This document shows positions 10,366 through 18,253 of a DNA stretch of 32,000 bases, in pieces. The notes under the pieces were generated by a model. The model did no database searches. It was given only the letters and a program-made list of their open reading frames with translations, and was not told the origin of the DNA. A program made the translations under genes and the position numbers. Source of the stretch: Candidatus Arthromitus sp. SFB-mouse-Japan (GTDB lineage Bacteria; Bacillota; Clostridia; Clostridiales; Clostridiaceae); the NCBI RefSeq assembly GCF_000270205.1, contig NC_015913.1, positions 1,410,001 to 1,442,000 on the forward strand, read 5' to 3'. Each line of letters starts with the position of its first letter. The stretch's first letter is position 1.

Positions 10366-11301
10366 ATGCCATTAGTTACAACTAAAGAAATGTTTAAAAA
10401 AGCCTATGAAGGCGGTTATGCAATAGGTGCTTTCAATATAAATAACCTAGAATCTATACAAGGTATTATTGAAGCATGTAAAGAGAAAAATTCAGCTGTT
10501 ATACTACAGTGTTCTACTGGAGCAATAAAATATGCTGGTATAGAATATTTAATATCACTTGTTAAAACAGCTGCTAATGAGAGCGGTTTAGATATTGCTC
10601 TTCACTTAGACCATGGTCCTGATTTTGAAACTTGTAAGAAATGTATCGATGCAGGATTTACTTCAGTTATGATAGATGGTTCTCATCATAGTTTCGAAGA
10701 AAATATAAATCTTACTAAAAAAGTTGTTGAATATGCACACTCTAAAGGTGTATCTGTAGAAGCTGAGCTTGGTGTACTTGCTGGAGTTGAGGATGATGTA
10801 GTTGCAGATAGTCATATATACACAAATCCAGATGAAGCTGTAGAATTTGTTAAACAAACAAACTGCGACTCATTAGCTATAGCTATAGGAACATCACACG
10901 GTGCATTTAAGTTCCCTAAAGATTTCAAACCTTCTCTTAAATTTGAAATTCTTGAAGAAATCCAAAAAAAGTTACCTGGTTTCCCTATAGTATTACATGG
11001 TGCATCCGCTGTTGATTCAGAGAGTGTACAAACTTGCAATAATTATGGCGGAAAAATTAAAGATGCCGTGGGTATACCTGTTGATATGCTTAGACGTGCA
11101 TCATCTATGGCTGTTTGTAAAATAAATATGGATACTGATTTAAGACTTGCTATGACTGCAAATGTAAGAAAAGTATTTGGAGACACTCCTTCTGAATTTG
11201 ATCCTAGAAAATATTTAGGAGCTGCAAAAGATGGAGTTAAAAAAGTAGTTCTCTCTAAAATTGAAAATGTACTTGGATGTCAAAACTCAAGCTCAAAATA
11301 A
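10366..11301 (+). CDS. fba: class II fructose-1,6-bisphosphate aldolase
   Basis: 311 aa. MPLVTTKEMFKKAYEGGYAIGAFNINNLE N-terminus, LHLDHG and VLHGASAV motifs. GGGAG SD. Confidence 0.92.
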   Translation: MPLVTTKEMFKKAYEGGYAIGAFNINNLESIQGIIEACKEKNSAVILQCSTGAIKYAGIEYLISLVKTAANESGLDIALHLDHGPDFETCKKCIDAGFTSVMIDGSHHSFEENINLTKKVVEYAHSKGVSVEAELGVLAGVEDDVVADSHIYTNPDEAVEFVKQTNCDSLAIAIGTSHGAFKFPKDFKPSLKFEILEEIQKKLPGFPIVLHGASAVDSESVQTCNNYGGKIKDAVGIPVDMLRRASSMAVCKINMDTDLRLAMTANVRKVFGDTPSEFDPRKYLGAAKDGVKKVVLSKIENVLGCQNSSSK

Positions 11302-11302
11302 C

Positions 11303-11333
11303 AAAGAAGCGTAGAATATTTCTACGCTTCTTT
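11303..11333. terminator. bidirectional intrinsic terminator shared by convergent fba and thiT
   Basis: Perfect 14-bp stem aaagaagcgtagaa / ttctacgcttcttt with T-rich tails on both strands. The right arm contains the last 4 codons of thiT, including its stop codon. Confidence 0.8.
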
Positions 11334-11918
11334 GTTTAAACTCTTTATTATTCTATTTAAAGGCATACATGACATAACTATAGATGTTAATAATACTTCA
11401 ATCCCAATGCTCGAAAAATTATATACAAGAGAATATATCCAGACATTACATCCTTCTGGTGCAAATTCACTAAAAAATAAAACTCCTGACACAACATTAA
11501 ACATAACACATAAAATTCCACTAAATAAACTTCCTAAAAATATCATTATCCTATTTTTATTTCCAAAAATATTCGAAAAACCTAAACACATATTAGATAA
11601 TAAATAATCTAAAATAAATTGAAGTGGATTAACAATAACCAATCCATCAAATGTTTTTAACACCCCCAATAAAAATCCTGATGTAAGTCCAACACATCTA
11701 CCACGTATGAACGTAATCATCATAACAGGAAGCATTGAAAAAAATGTAATAGATCCACCCTGAGGCATCCTTATAAATTTAAACAAATTAAGTACATATC
11801 CAAGAGCTGAAAAAACTCCTATGGTAATTAATGTTCTTGTATCAAACTTACTCCTTCTTAATTCAAATGCATAAATCAATATAAATATAATTATCAAAAT
11901 CAAAACTAGAAAATACAT
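11322..11918 (-). CDS. thiT: thiamine transporter, ECF S-component ThiT-like
   Basis: Multi-TM protein (LITIGVFSALGYVLNLFKFIRMPQGGSITFFSMLPVMM...) directly downstream of a TPP riboswitch. Start moved to the ATG at 11918 (GGGAGA SD 9 nt upstream), because the track extension to 11984 covers the riboswitch terminator hairpin. Confidence 0.7.
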   Translation of the reverse strand: MYFLVLILIIIFILIYAFELRRSKFDTRTLITIGVFSALGYVLNLFKFIRMPQGGSITFFSMLPVMMITFIRGRCVGLTSGFLLGVLKTFDGLVIVNPLQFILDYLLSNMCLGFSNIFGNKNRIMIFLGSLFSGILCVMFNVVSGVLFFSEFAPEGCNVWIYSLVYNFSSIGIEVLLTSIVMSCMPLNRIIKSLNKEA

Positions 11919-11946
11919 TTTCAAGTCATCTCCCATAATAATAATC

Positions 11947-11982
11947 ATAAAAAAATGACTATGCTCAATACTGAACATAGCC
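11947..11982 (-). terminator. riboswitch expression-platform terminator
   Basis: On the minus strand, ggctatgttc / gagcatagtc form the stem (11957-11982), followed by ATTTTTTT (11949-11955). Lies between the TPP aptamer and the thiT SD. Confidence 0.6.
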
Positions 11983-11994
11983 ACACATTATTCG

Positions 11995-12095
11995 TATATT
12001 AACGCTTTCCTACGCTGGCATTATCCAGTTCAGGTTTAAGGGTTGACAATATATCTCATACCATCTCTCAGCTTAAAGCACCCCTAGCAAATATT
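11995..12095 (-). promoter_or_regulatory. TPP (THI-box) riboswitch
   Basis: Minus strand reads CTAGGGGTGC...GCTGAGA...ACCCTTAAACCTGAACTGGATAATGCCAGCGTAGGAAAGCG. This carries the conserved GGGGTGC, CTGAGA, ACCCTT-AACCTGA and GGATAATGCCAGCGTAGG elements of the THI element. Confidence 0.9.
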
Positions 12096-12108
12096 CAATT
12101 ACAAATCC

Positions 12109-12138
12109 ATTATATATCTAAATTAATCACATTGTCAA
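12109..12138 (-). promoter_or_regulatory. sigma-A promoter driving riboswitch-thiT
   Basis: Minus strand has TTGACA (12133-12138), an 18-nt spacer and TATAAT (12109-12114), immediately after the fliE stop codon and just upstream of the aptamer. Confidence 0.7.
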
Positions 12139-12426
12139 TTATATCTGTATCTTGGATAATTCTTGATAAGCTTCTACCATTTTATTCCTAATTTCAATAG
12201 CTGTCTGAAGTGTAAGTCTAGCTTCTTGCATAGCTATCATAACATTATGAACTTCACTCTCATCCCCTTTTATAAAAGACACAACACTATTATCAGCTCT
12301 CTTTTGATAACTATCCAAACTATTTATATAATTGTTTAACATTTCAGAAAACACATTTGGTCTACTACTACCTACGGTTAAAATTTCTTTATTAAAATTA
12401 TTAAATCCACTAATAGAATTTATCAT
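12139..12426 (-). CDS. fliE: flagellar hook-basal body complex protein FliE
   Basis: 95 aa. C-terminal HNVMIAMQEARLTLQTAIEIRNKMVEAYQELSKIQI matches the conserved FliE C-terminus. GGGAGG SD. Confidence 0.85.
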   Translation of the reverse strand: MINSISGFNNFNKEILTVGSSRPNVFSEMLNNYINSLDSYQKRADNSVVSFIKGDESEVHNVMIAMQEARLTLQTAIEIRNKMVEAYQELSKIQI

Positions 12427-12443
12427 CTATACATACCTCCCTA

Positions 12444-13973
12444 TTATCTTGTATCTTCCATCATCCAAGATTTTATAATTTCAACTACTTGGCTTGGTTT
12501 ATTTATTGCATAATTCTTAATAGCATCTTCAAGCATTTTATTCTCTGGATTTGTATCTTCTATACCATTTTTCTTAATATTTTCTTCAACATTTTGTTGT
12601 ATCATCTCTTTAGCATCTGAAATCGATTGTGGTAAATTCTCATTTTTGGATGCAGGCACTGAATCCTTATTCTTCTTAAATATCTTTATTAAAAATAAAA
12701 TGACTATTAATGCAACAACTGAAACTATTATAGGAACAATACTTCTTCTCTTTATCTGAGAAATTTCTTGTTTAAGTCCATTAAATTCCATTCCAACTAC
12801 TGAAATTGAATCCCCTCTTTCAGCATTAAAACCAATAACTCCATTAATTAAGCTCTCTATATTATCTCTCATATCTTGAGTTATATTTCCATCATATACA
12901 AAAGATGCTGTAATCCTTTTTATCTCGCCTGGAGCATATATAATAGTCGATTCCTGTTTAGAAAGTTCATAATTGGTTATACTCTCTTCTCTACTTGACC
13001 TATCAGAAGAATTATCTTCTTCAACATTTGACATATTATTATCAATAGGTCCACCTCCAGCGTTTGAAGAAGTCCCATTATTTTCTTTTATGAGATGTTC
13101 ACTTATAGGAACCTTATTATCATCTACTATTATTTCAGTTTTCTTTTTTGAATCAAAATCTAATTCTGCATTAACACGAACTCTAACCTTATCATATCCA
13201 AGTACTGGCTCAATTATAGATAAAATTCTACTCTCAAGTTCATGTTCAAATTTCCTCTCTAAATTCATTTGAGTATCTAAATTCCCTGTAAAATTCACTT
13301 CATTACTTCCATCATATATTCCTAAAGATAATAAATTCATCCTTGCATCTACTACCTCTACATTCTCAAAAGGTAAATTATTCCAAGCTGCTGATACTAG
13401 GTGAATTATGGATTTAACTTGCTCTCTTGATAAAGATTCTCCAGGATTTAACTTTAAATAAACAGATGCTTTAGCAGGATCTTTCTCAGTCATAAAAACA
13501 CTAGTCTTAGATGGCGAAATATGAACTCGTGAGTCTTTAACCTGAGAAAAATTTCTTATGGTTCTCTCAAGTTCTCCTTGTACAATTCTCTGTTTTTGTA
13601 TTAAAAATTCCTCATCTGTATATCCAAATCCGCTGCTCTTATCTAAAAGTTCAAATCCTTTACTACCACCTTTCAACTCTGGAGAAAAAGTAAGTCTTAA
13701 TTCATCAACCCTATCTCTTAATACATAAATCGACTTCCCTCTTATTTTAACATCTAAACCCATATCTACTAATTGTTCATGTATATACTTGCTATCTGCA
13801 GGATCCAAATCTGAATATAAAAGTCCATACTTAGTAACATTAGAGTACACTAAGAAAAAAGAAAGGAACAAAACTAAAATTATAAATGCAGTAATTATTA
13901 TCTTTTTTGTTTTAGAAGAAAGCTTTTCTATAAAATCTTTAACTTTTTTAAGTATTTCTTTTAATTTCCCCAT
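12444..13973 (-). CDS. fliF: flagellar M-ring protein FliF
   Basis: 509 aa. N-terminal TM, YscJ/FliF ring-building region (LLYSDLDPADSKYIHEQLVDMGLDVKI...QGELERTIRNFSQVKDSRVHI), second TM (IVPIIVSVVALIVILFLI), C-terminal PSQVVEIIKSWMMED helix typical of the FliG-binding tail. AAAGGAG SD. Confidence 0.9.
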   Translation of the reverse strand: MGKLKEILKKVKDFIEKLSSKTKKIIITAFIILVLFLSFFLVYSNVTKYGLLYSDLDPADSKYIHEQLVDMGLDVKIRGKSIYVLRDRVDELRLTFSPELKGGSKGFELLDKSSGFGYTDEEFLIQKQRIVQGELERTIRNFSQVKDSRVHISPSKTSVFMTEKDPAKASVYLKLNPGESLSREQVKSIIHLVSAAWNNLPFENVEVVDARMNLLSLGIYDGSNEVNFTGNLDTQMNLERKFEHELESRILSIIEPVLGYDKVRVRVNAELDFDSKKKTEIIVDDNKVPISEHLIKENNGTSSNAGGGPIDNNMSNVEEDNSSDRSSREESITNYELSKQESTIIYAPGEIKRITASFVYDGNITQDMRDNIESLINGVIGFNAERGDSISVVGMEFNGLKQEISQIKRRSIVPIIVSVVALIVILFLIKIFKKNKDSVPASKNENLPQSISDAKEMIQQNVEENIKKNGIEDTNPENKMLEDAIKNYAINKPSQVVEIIKSWMMEDTR

Positions 13974-14055
13974 AGTATACTCCTTTCTCTCTTATTATTA
14001 CCAAATAATTTTAAAATAACCCCTTAATTATATTAAAAATGCAGGATAATATTAT

Positions 14056-14087
14056 ATAAAAATAAAAATGTTGTAAACGCTACAACA
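14056..14087 (-). terminator. weak intrinsic terminator at the feoB stop
   Basis: 7-bp stem tgttgta / tacaaca (14069-14087) overlapping the feoB stop codon, followed on the minus strand by TTTTTATTTTT. Confidence 0.45.
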
Positions 14088-16197
14088 CTTTAAAAATAAT
14101 ATTAAAAAATATATTCACAAAAAAACAAACTATAAATGCTACACAAGTTGGAATTAAAAAAGCCAAAAATGTCCACTTATTACTACCAGTTTCCTTCTTT
14201 ATAGTCCATAAAGCAGTAGAACAAGGAAAATGCAAAAGAGAAAATAACATCATATTTATCGCTGTTATTATAGTCCACCCATTATCTCTTAAAATCATTC
14301 CAAGAGAATTTGCTGTTTCAAAATCAATTAAAGATCCCGTAGACAAATAACTCATAAGTAAAATAGGCATAACAATTTCATTTGCTGGTATTCCTAAAAA
14401 GAATGATGACAATATCGCTCCATCAAGACCTATTAATTTACCTAAAGGATTAAGAAAATTTATTATATGGTTTATTATACTTACGTCATTTATAAAAATA
14501 TTTGCAAGTATCCATATTATAATCCCAAATGGCGCTGCAATCATTATAGCTCTACCTAATACAAAAATTGTCCTATCAATTAGTGAGGTGTATAATATAG
14601 TTCTTATCCTAGGCCTCCTGTATGGTGGAAGTTCCAATGTAAATGATGATGGTTCACCTTTTAATAATGTCTTAGATAAAATATAAGATACTAAAAAAGT
14701 AACACCAATTCCTATAAGAACGATAATAGTTACAACCAATGTAGTAATTATAGAGTTAAAAAATAAACTCGTTGTAGATGAAAAAAATATTGTGGATAAT
14801 ACTATCATGGTAGGGAATCTTCCATTACATGGTACAAAATTATTTGTAATTATAGCTATTAATCTCTCTCTCTTGGATTCTATTATTCTAGTCCCAATAA
14901 TACCTGCACAATTACATCCAAATCCCATACACATAGTCAAACATTGTTTTCCATGACATCCCGATTTTTTAAATAAATGATCCATATTAAATGCAACTCT
15001 AGGTAAGTACCCTAAATCTTCTAAAAAAGTAAACATAGGAAAAAATATTGCCATAGGAGGTAACATTACAGATATAACCCATCCAGTCACTCTAAAAAGT
15101 CCATAAACTAACATGTCATGTATCCATATCGGAAATCCTAAATTCATAATAAATATAGATAATTTACCTTCTAAAAAATTAAACATACTCGATAATAAAG
15201 AGGATGGAACATTTGATAAACTAATTGTTATAAATAATACCAATCCTAAAAGTATAAACATTATAGGGATACCATATTTCTTTGAGGTTACTATATCATC
15301 AATTTTTCTATCCCTTGTATACTTATCTCCTAATTCTTTTACACACTTTTCCTTTACTTTCTTGCATCTTTTGTATACACTACCAATTATTCTCTCTCTA
15401 TTTTCCTCTACTTTATAGCTATCAAAATTGCTTTTAAAATTTTCTATATAATCTATATCATTTTCATTCAAATATTTATACATAAATTCAAAAAAACTAA
15501 TATCGCTATCTATAAGTCTAAGAGCAATCCACCTTTTATTTAAAAAATTTATAGAATCATCCATTTTATCTAAAATTTCGCTAACATTATTCTCAACTTC
15601 ATCATCATATTCTGTATCTAAAGTTTTAAAAGTATACTTTCCTTTTATAACATCATTTATCCTATCTTTAAGTTTATCAAGTCCTATATTCTCTTTCGTA
15701 GATGTTATTACAATTGGAACTCCGAGCATTTTTTCCATCTTATCAACATCTACATGTATATCCTTCTTTTTTGCCTCATCATAGAGATTTAAACATATGA
15801 TTATCCTATTATTAATTTCAAGCATTTGAAAAAATATATTTAAGTTCCTCTCAAGAGAAGTCATATCACAGACTAAAACTAAAACATCATATTTCCCAAA
15901 ACATATAAATTCACGAGCAACTTCTTCTTCTTGAGAATACGAAAGTATTGAATATATACCTGGAAGATCTATAATACCATACTCATTTCCCGCATGAATA
16001 TATTCTCCATATGCATTTACAACAGTTTTACCCGACCAATTCCCCGTATGTTGATGCATACCTGTTAAAGAATTAAATATACTACTTTTCCCCGTATTTG
16101 GATTTCCAACTAAACATACAATACTTCTTGATTCATTATCTGTGTTAAAAATATCTTTCATAAATTCCTTCTTCGAAGATATATTAGTAAGTCCCAT
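14080..16197 (-). CDS. feoB: ferrous iron transporter FeoB
   Basis: 705 aa. N-terminal G domain (VGNPNTGKSSIFNSLTG, DLPG) followed by a large polytopic membrane domain. AGGGGGG SD. Confidence 0.92.
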   Translation of the reverse strand: MGLTNISSKKEFMKDIFNTDNESRSIVCLVGNPNTGKSSIFNSLTGMHQHTGNWSGKTVVNAYGEYIHAGNEYGIIDLPGIYSILSYSQEEEVAREFICFGKYDVLVLVCDMTSLERNLNIFFQMLEINNRIIICLNLYDEAKKKDIHVDVDKMEKMLGVPIVITSTKENIGLDKLKDRINDVIKGKYTFKTLDTEYDDEVENNVSEILDKMDDSINFLNKRWIALRLIDSDISFFEFMYKYLNENDIDYIENFKSNFDSYKVEENRERIIGSVYKRCKKVKEKCVKELGDKYTRDRKIDDIVTSKKYGIPIMFILLGLVLFITISLSNVPSSLLSSMFNFLEGKLSIFIMNLGFPIWIHDMLVYGLFRVTGWVISVMLPPMAIFFPMFTFLEDLGYLPRVAFNMDHLFKKSGCHGKQCLTMCMGFGCNCAGIIGTRIIESKRERLIAIITNNFVPCNGRFPTMIVLSTIFFSSTTSLFFNSIITTLVVTIIVLIGIGVTFLVSYILSKTLLKGEPSSFTLELPPYRRPRIRTILYTSLIDRTIFVLGRAIMIAAPFGIIIWILANIFINDVSIINHIINFLNPLGKLIGLDGAILSSFFLGIPANEIVMPILLMSYLSTGSLIDFETANSLGMILRDNGWTIITAINMMLFSLLHFPCSTALWTIKKETGSNKWTFLAFLIPTCVAFIVCFFVNIFFNIIFKVL

Positions 16198-16205
16198 AAA
16201 CCCCC

Positions 16206-16433
16206 CTAAACTTTTATTCCATAAATAAATTTAGATTCTTCATCTCTAAGAGCAACCATTATACCCCTGACATCAAATAATACAAGTCCTCTTTTATAAC
16301 CAAATCTTAATACTTCTATGACGGTTCCTTTTGTAAATCCCATGGAAAGTATCCTCTCTTTTTGATACTTCAAAAGATCAATATGATGTATCTCTATAAA
16401 ATCTCCTACGTTAAATTCACAAATACTCTTCAT
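16206..16433 (-). CDS. feoA: ferrous iron transport protein FeoA
   Basis: Small SH3-like FeoA (RILSMGFTKGTVIEVLR...). The track start at 16445 is GTG; the ATG at 16433 sits 9 nt after GAGGTG and is preferred. Confidence 0.85.
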   Translation of the reverse strand: MKSICEFNVGDFIEIHHIDLLKYQKERILSMGFTKGTVIEVLRFGYKRGLVLFDVRGIMVALRDEESKFIYGIKV

Positions 16434-16562
16434 ATATTGGTGCACCTCAAAAATTAAATTTTAACTATAGCTAATCTTTATAAAATTATATGTATTACTT
16501 TTAAAAATAGTTCTAACTACCTATAAATACCCAGTTTATTATTCGTACAATCAAAAATACGT

Positions 16563-16590
16563 ATAATAATCTTTAATCTCAAATTTACAA
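16563..16590 (-). promoter_or_regulatory. candidate feoAB promoter
   Basis: Minus strand has TTGTAA (16585-16590), a 16-nt spacer and TATTAT (16563-16568). Confidence 0.35.
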
Positions 16591-16591
16591 A

Positions 16592-16613
16592 AATAATTTT
16601 CGATAAAATTATT
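16592..16613. promoter_or_regulatory. perfect 9-4-9 palindrome, candidate operator (Fur-box-like, AT-rich)
   Basis: AATAATTTT-CGAT-AAAATTATT, two nt upstream of the candidate feoAB -35. The core TTTTCGATAA recurs at 16695-16704. Confidence 0.35.
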
Positions 16614-16763
16614 CATAAAATTCTATATTTTTTTTAAAAAATTGTTATTAAAAAATATAGTGATTTTTATATAAATATTAAAATTTAACTGTTTTTTTCG
16701 ATAATTAATATGTATATTTTAATTTTTGGAATTGGTAAGTTTTATATATTTTCGGAGGTACCT

Positions 16764-18170
16764 ATGAAAAGAAATTTAAAATTATTATATGGTATATTAA
16801 TGGCATCTTTTATATCAAACTGTGCAGTTAGTCATATAAATATAAATTCTGCAAAAGCTAGTCGTACATCTAGACCAGTTGTAGTGAATAATTCTTCAAA
16901 TGAAAAAACTACAAACAATACAAACGAAAATACTGAAGATGATGCATCTTCTACTACTAATTCATCAAGTTCAAATAACAGTTCATCATCAAATTCAAGT
17001 AGTAGTTCATCATCAAATTCAAGTAGTAGTTCATCATCAAATGGAGATTCCAATTCTTCACAAAATACTACTTTAATGCAAATGCTAAACTCTAATAAAG
17101 ATTTAACAGTAGAAGAAATAGCAGAACTAGCTTTATCAGCATCACATTCAATAGGATTTATAGAGGAATTCAAAGAAACTTTTCCAGAACTTAATCCGCT
17201 TAGACAAATCACACCTATAAATAACAACTTAAATAATTATTTGGATGTAAATAATGGGGAAATTAGCAAATTAACTCAAATATTAAATACATCAAATTCT
17301 CCTATTTCTCCTTATGCAGATCAAAATAGCTGTAACCTATTATTAAATGAAATTTCAATAACATTATCAGAACTAAAAGAAGCAGTAGAAGAAGAACTAC
17401 CTTCAACAATTTTTTCATTAGTGCCAACTATAACAGTATTTAATGACACATTCAAAATATTATCTGAACAATATTCAAATATAGTTCAAAGCGACTATAA
17501 AAACCAAATAACATTAAATATATTACTTGATGAATTAAAACCAAAGTTAACTTCACTTCTTAGTTCTATACAAGAATTTAAAATTCAACTTCCTGATCTT
17601 ATAGATACATTAAATGAATTAGCTAAAGAACTAGAAGATAAAGATGATGATATAAATGAAGATACAGAGACACCTAGTGATACAACAGATAAAGAAGAAA
17701 CACCTTCTGATGATATAGACTCTGAAAACACAGATTCTGAAACCTCAAATCCAGATAATAATGTGAATTCAGGAAATACAAGCTCAGGAAACACAAACTC
17801 AGGAACTTCATCAAAAGAAGACAGTACTACAAATGAAGACGTTAATTCTACAGAGGAAGAAATGATTTACTTAGGTGAAAATGGACAAGAGCTTATTTAT
17901 AATCCAGATGATGATAAATTCTACGAACTTAATCCAGAAGATCCTGAATCAGAAGAATTTATAGAATACACAGGAGAAGTATTATCAATGCCACTTAAAG
18001 AATATCTTCAAACTGAAGTATATTTCGATACAGATGGTAACGAATTATTATACGATATGGATACAGATTCATTCTTAAAATACGATGAGGAAACTGGTGA
18101 ATATGTGCCATATGAAGGAGAAATAACTACTATGACTCTCGGAGATTATTTAGACCTTCTAGAACAATAA
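16764..18170 (+). CDS. secreted Ser-rich, acidic repeat protein of unknown function (protein D)
   Basis: Start moved to the ATG at 16764 (GGAGG SD 5 nt upstream). Signal peptide MKRNLKLLYGILMASFISNCAV...SAKA (possible lipobox-like ISNC), poly-Ser/Asn tract, helical middle, D/E/T/S-rich tract and a duplicated roughly 47-aa C-terminal unit with a YxDxDGN-like motif. Confidence 0.7.
   Translation: MKRNLKLLYGILMASFISNCAVSHININSAKASRTSRPVVVNNSSNEKTTNNTNENTEDDASSTTNSSSSNNSSSSNSSSSSSSNSSSSSSSNGDSNSSQNTTLMQMLNSNKDLTVEEIAELALSASHSIGFIEEFKETFPELNPLRQITPINNNLNNYLDVNNGEISKLTQILNTSNSPISPYADQNSCNLLLNEISITLSELKEAVEEELPSTIFSLVPTITVFNDTFKILSEQYSNIVQSDYKNQITLNILLDELKPKLTSLLSSIQEFKIQLPDLIDTLNELAKELEDKDDDINEDTETPSDTTDKEETPSDDIDSENTDSETSNPDNNVNSGNTSSGNTNSGTSSKEDSTTNEDVNSTEEEMIYLGENGQELIYNPDDDKFYELNPEDPESEEFIEYTGEVLSMPLKEYLQTEVYFDTDGNELLYDMDTDSFLKYDEETGEYVPYEGEITTMTLGDYLDLLEQ
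16981..17042. repeat. 24-bp in-frame tandem repeat, about 2.6 copies (SSSSNSSS units) in gene D
   Basis: gttcatcatcaaattcaagtagta is repeated head to tail at 16981 and 17005, with a partial copy at 17029. Confidence 0.85.
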
Positions 18171-18172
18171 AA

Positions 18173-18208
18173 AATGGGTTGGACTCAAAAAGTTCAACCC
18201 ATTTTTTT
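18173..18208 (+). terminator. intrinsic terminator of gene D
   Basis: aatgggttg (18173-18181) pairs with caacccatt (18194-18202), followed by TTTTTT, 3 nt after the stop codon. Confidence 0.7.
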
Positions 18209-18209
18209 A

Positions 18210-18253
18210 TGCAAAAAAACAAAATTAAAAGATAGAGTAAAATTACTCTATCT
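18210..18253 (-). terminator. intrinsic terminator of the A-B-C operon
   Basis: 10-bp stem agatagagta / tactctatct (18230-18253) overlapping the stop codon of gene C, followed on the minus strand by TTTTAATTTTGTTTTTTT. Confidence 0.75.

Noticed and set aside
11919-11984. N-terminal 22-codon extension of the thiT ORF (MAMFSIEHSHFFMIIIMGDDLK).
   Set aside because: It overlaps the riboswitch terminator hairpin and T-tract. The ATG at 11918 has a proper GGGAGA SD and begins the first TM helix.
13974-14079. A sigma-D (sigma-28) flagellar promoter upstream of fliF.
   Set aside because: No TAAA-N15-GCCGATAA-like element is present in the 106-bp region. Only a weak sigma-A-like TTTACA with a 15-17-nt spacer to TATAAT/TAATAT is seen, which is too uncertain to annotate as a feature.
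80-15418. Short ORFs antisense to conserved genes (80-406, 5456-5671, 5634-5894, 5943-6176, 9546-9770, 10663-10857, 10812-11039, 11332-11607, 12973-13272, 13789-14019, 15113-15418; also 16832-17227, 17585-17794, 18772-18972, 19115-19312, 29200-29388, 29737-30060).
   Set aside because: Each lies fully within, and opposite to, a gene with clear family motifs. The translations are low-complexity or hydrophobic shadows typical of AT-rich DNA, and none has an SD.
16710-16763. Upstream extension of gene D (MYILIFGIGKFYIFSEVP).
   Set aside because: No SD precedes 16710. The ATG at 16764 follows GGAGG and starts a canonical signal peptide (MKRNLKLL...).
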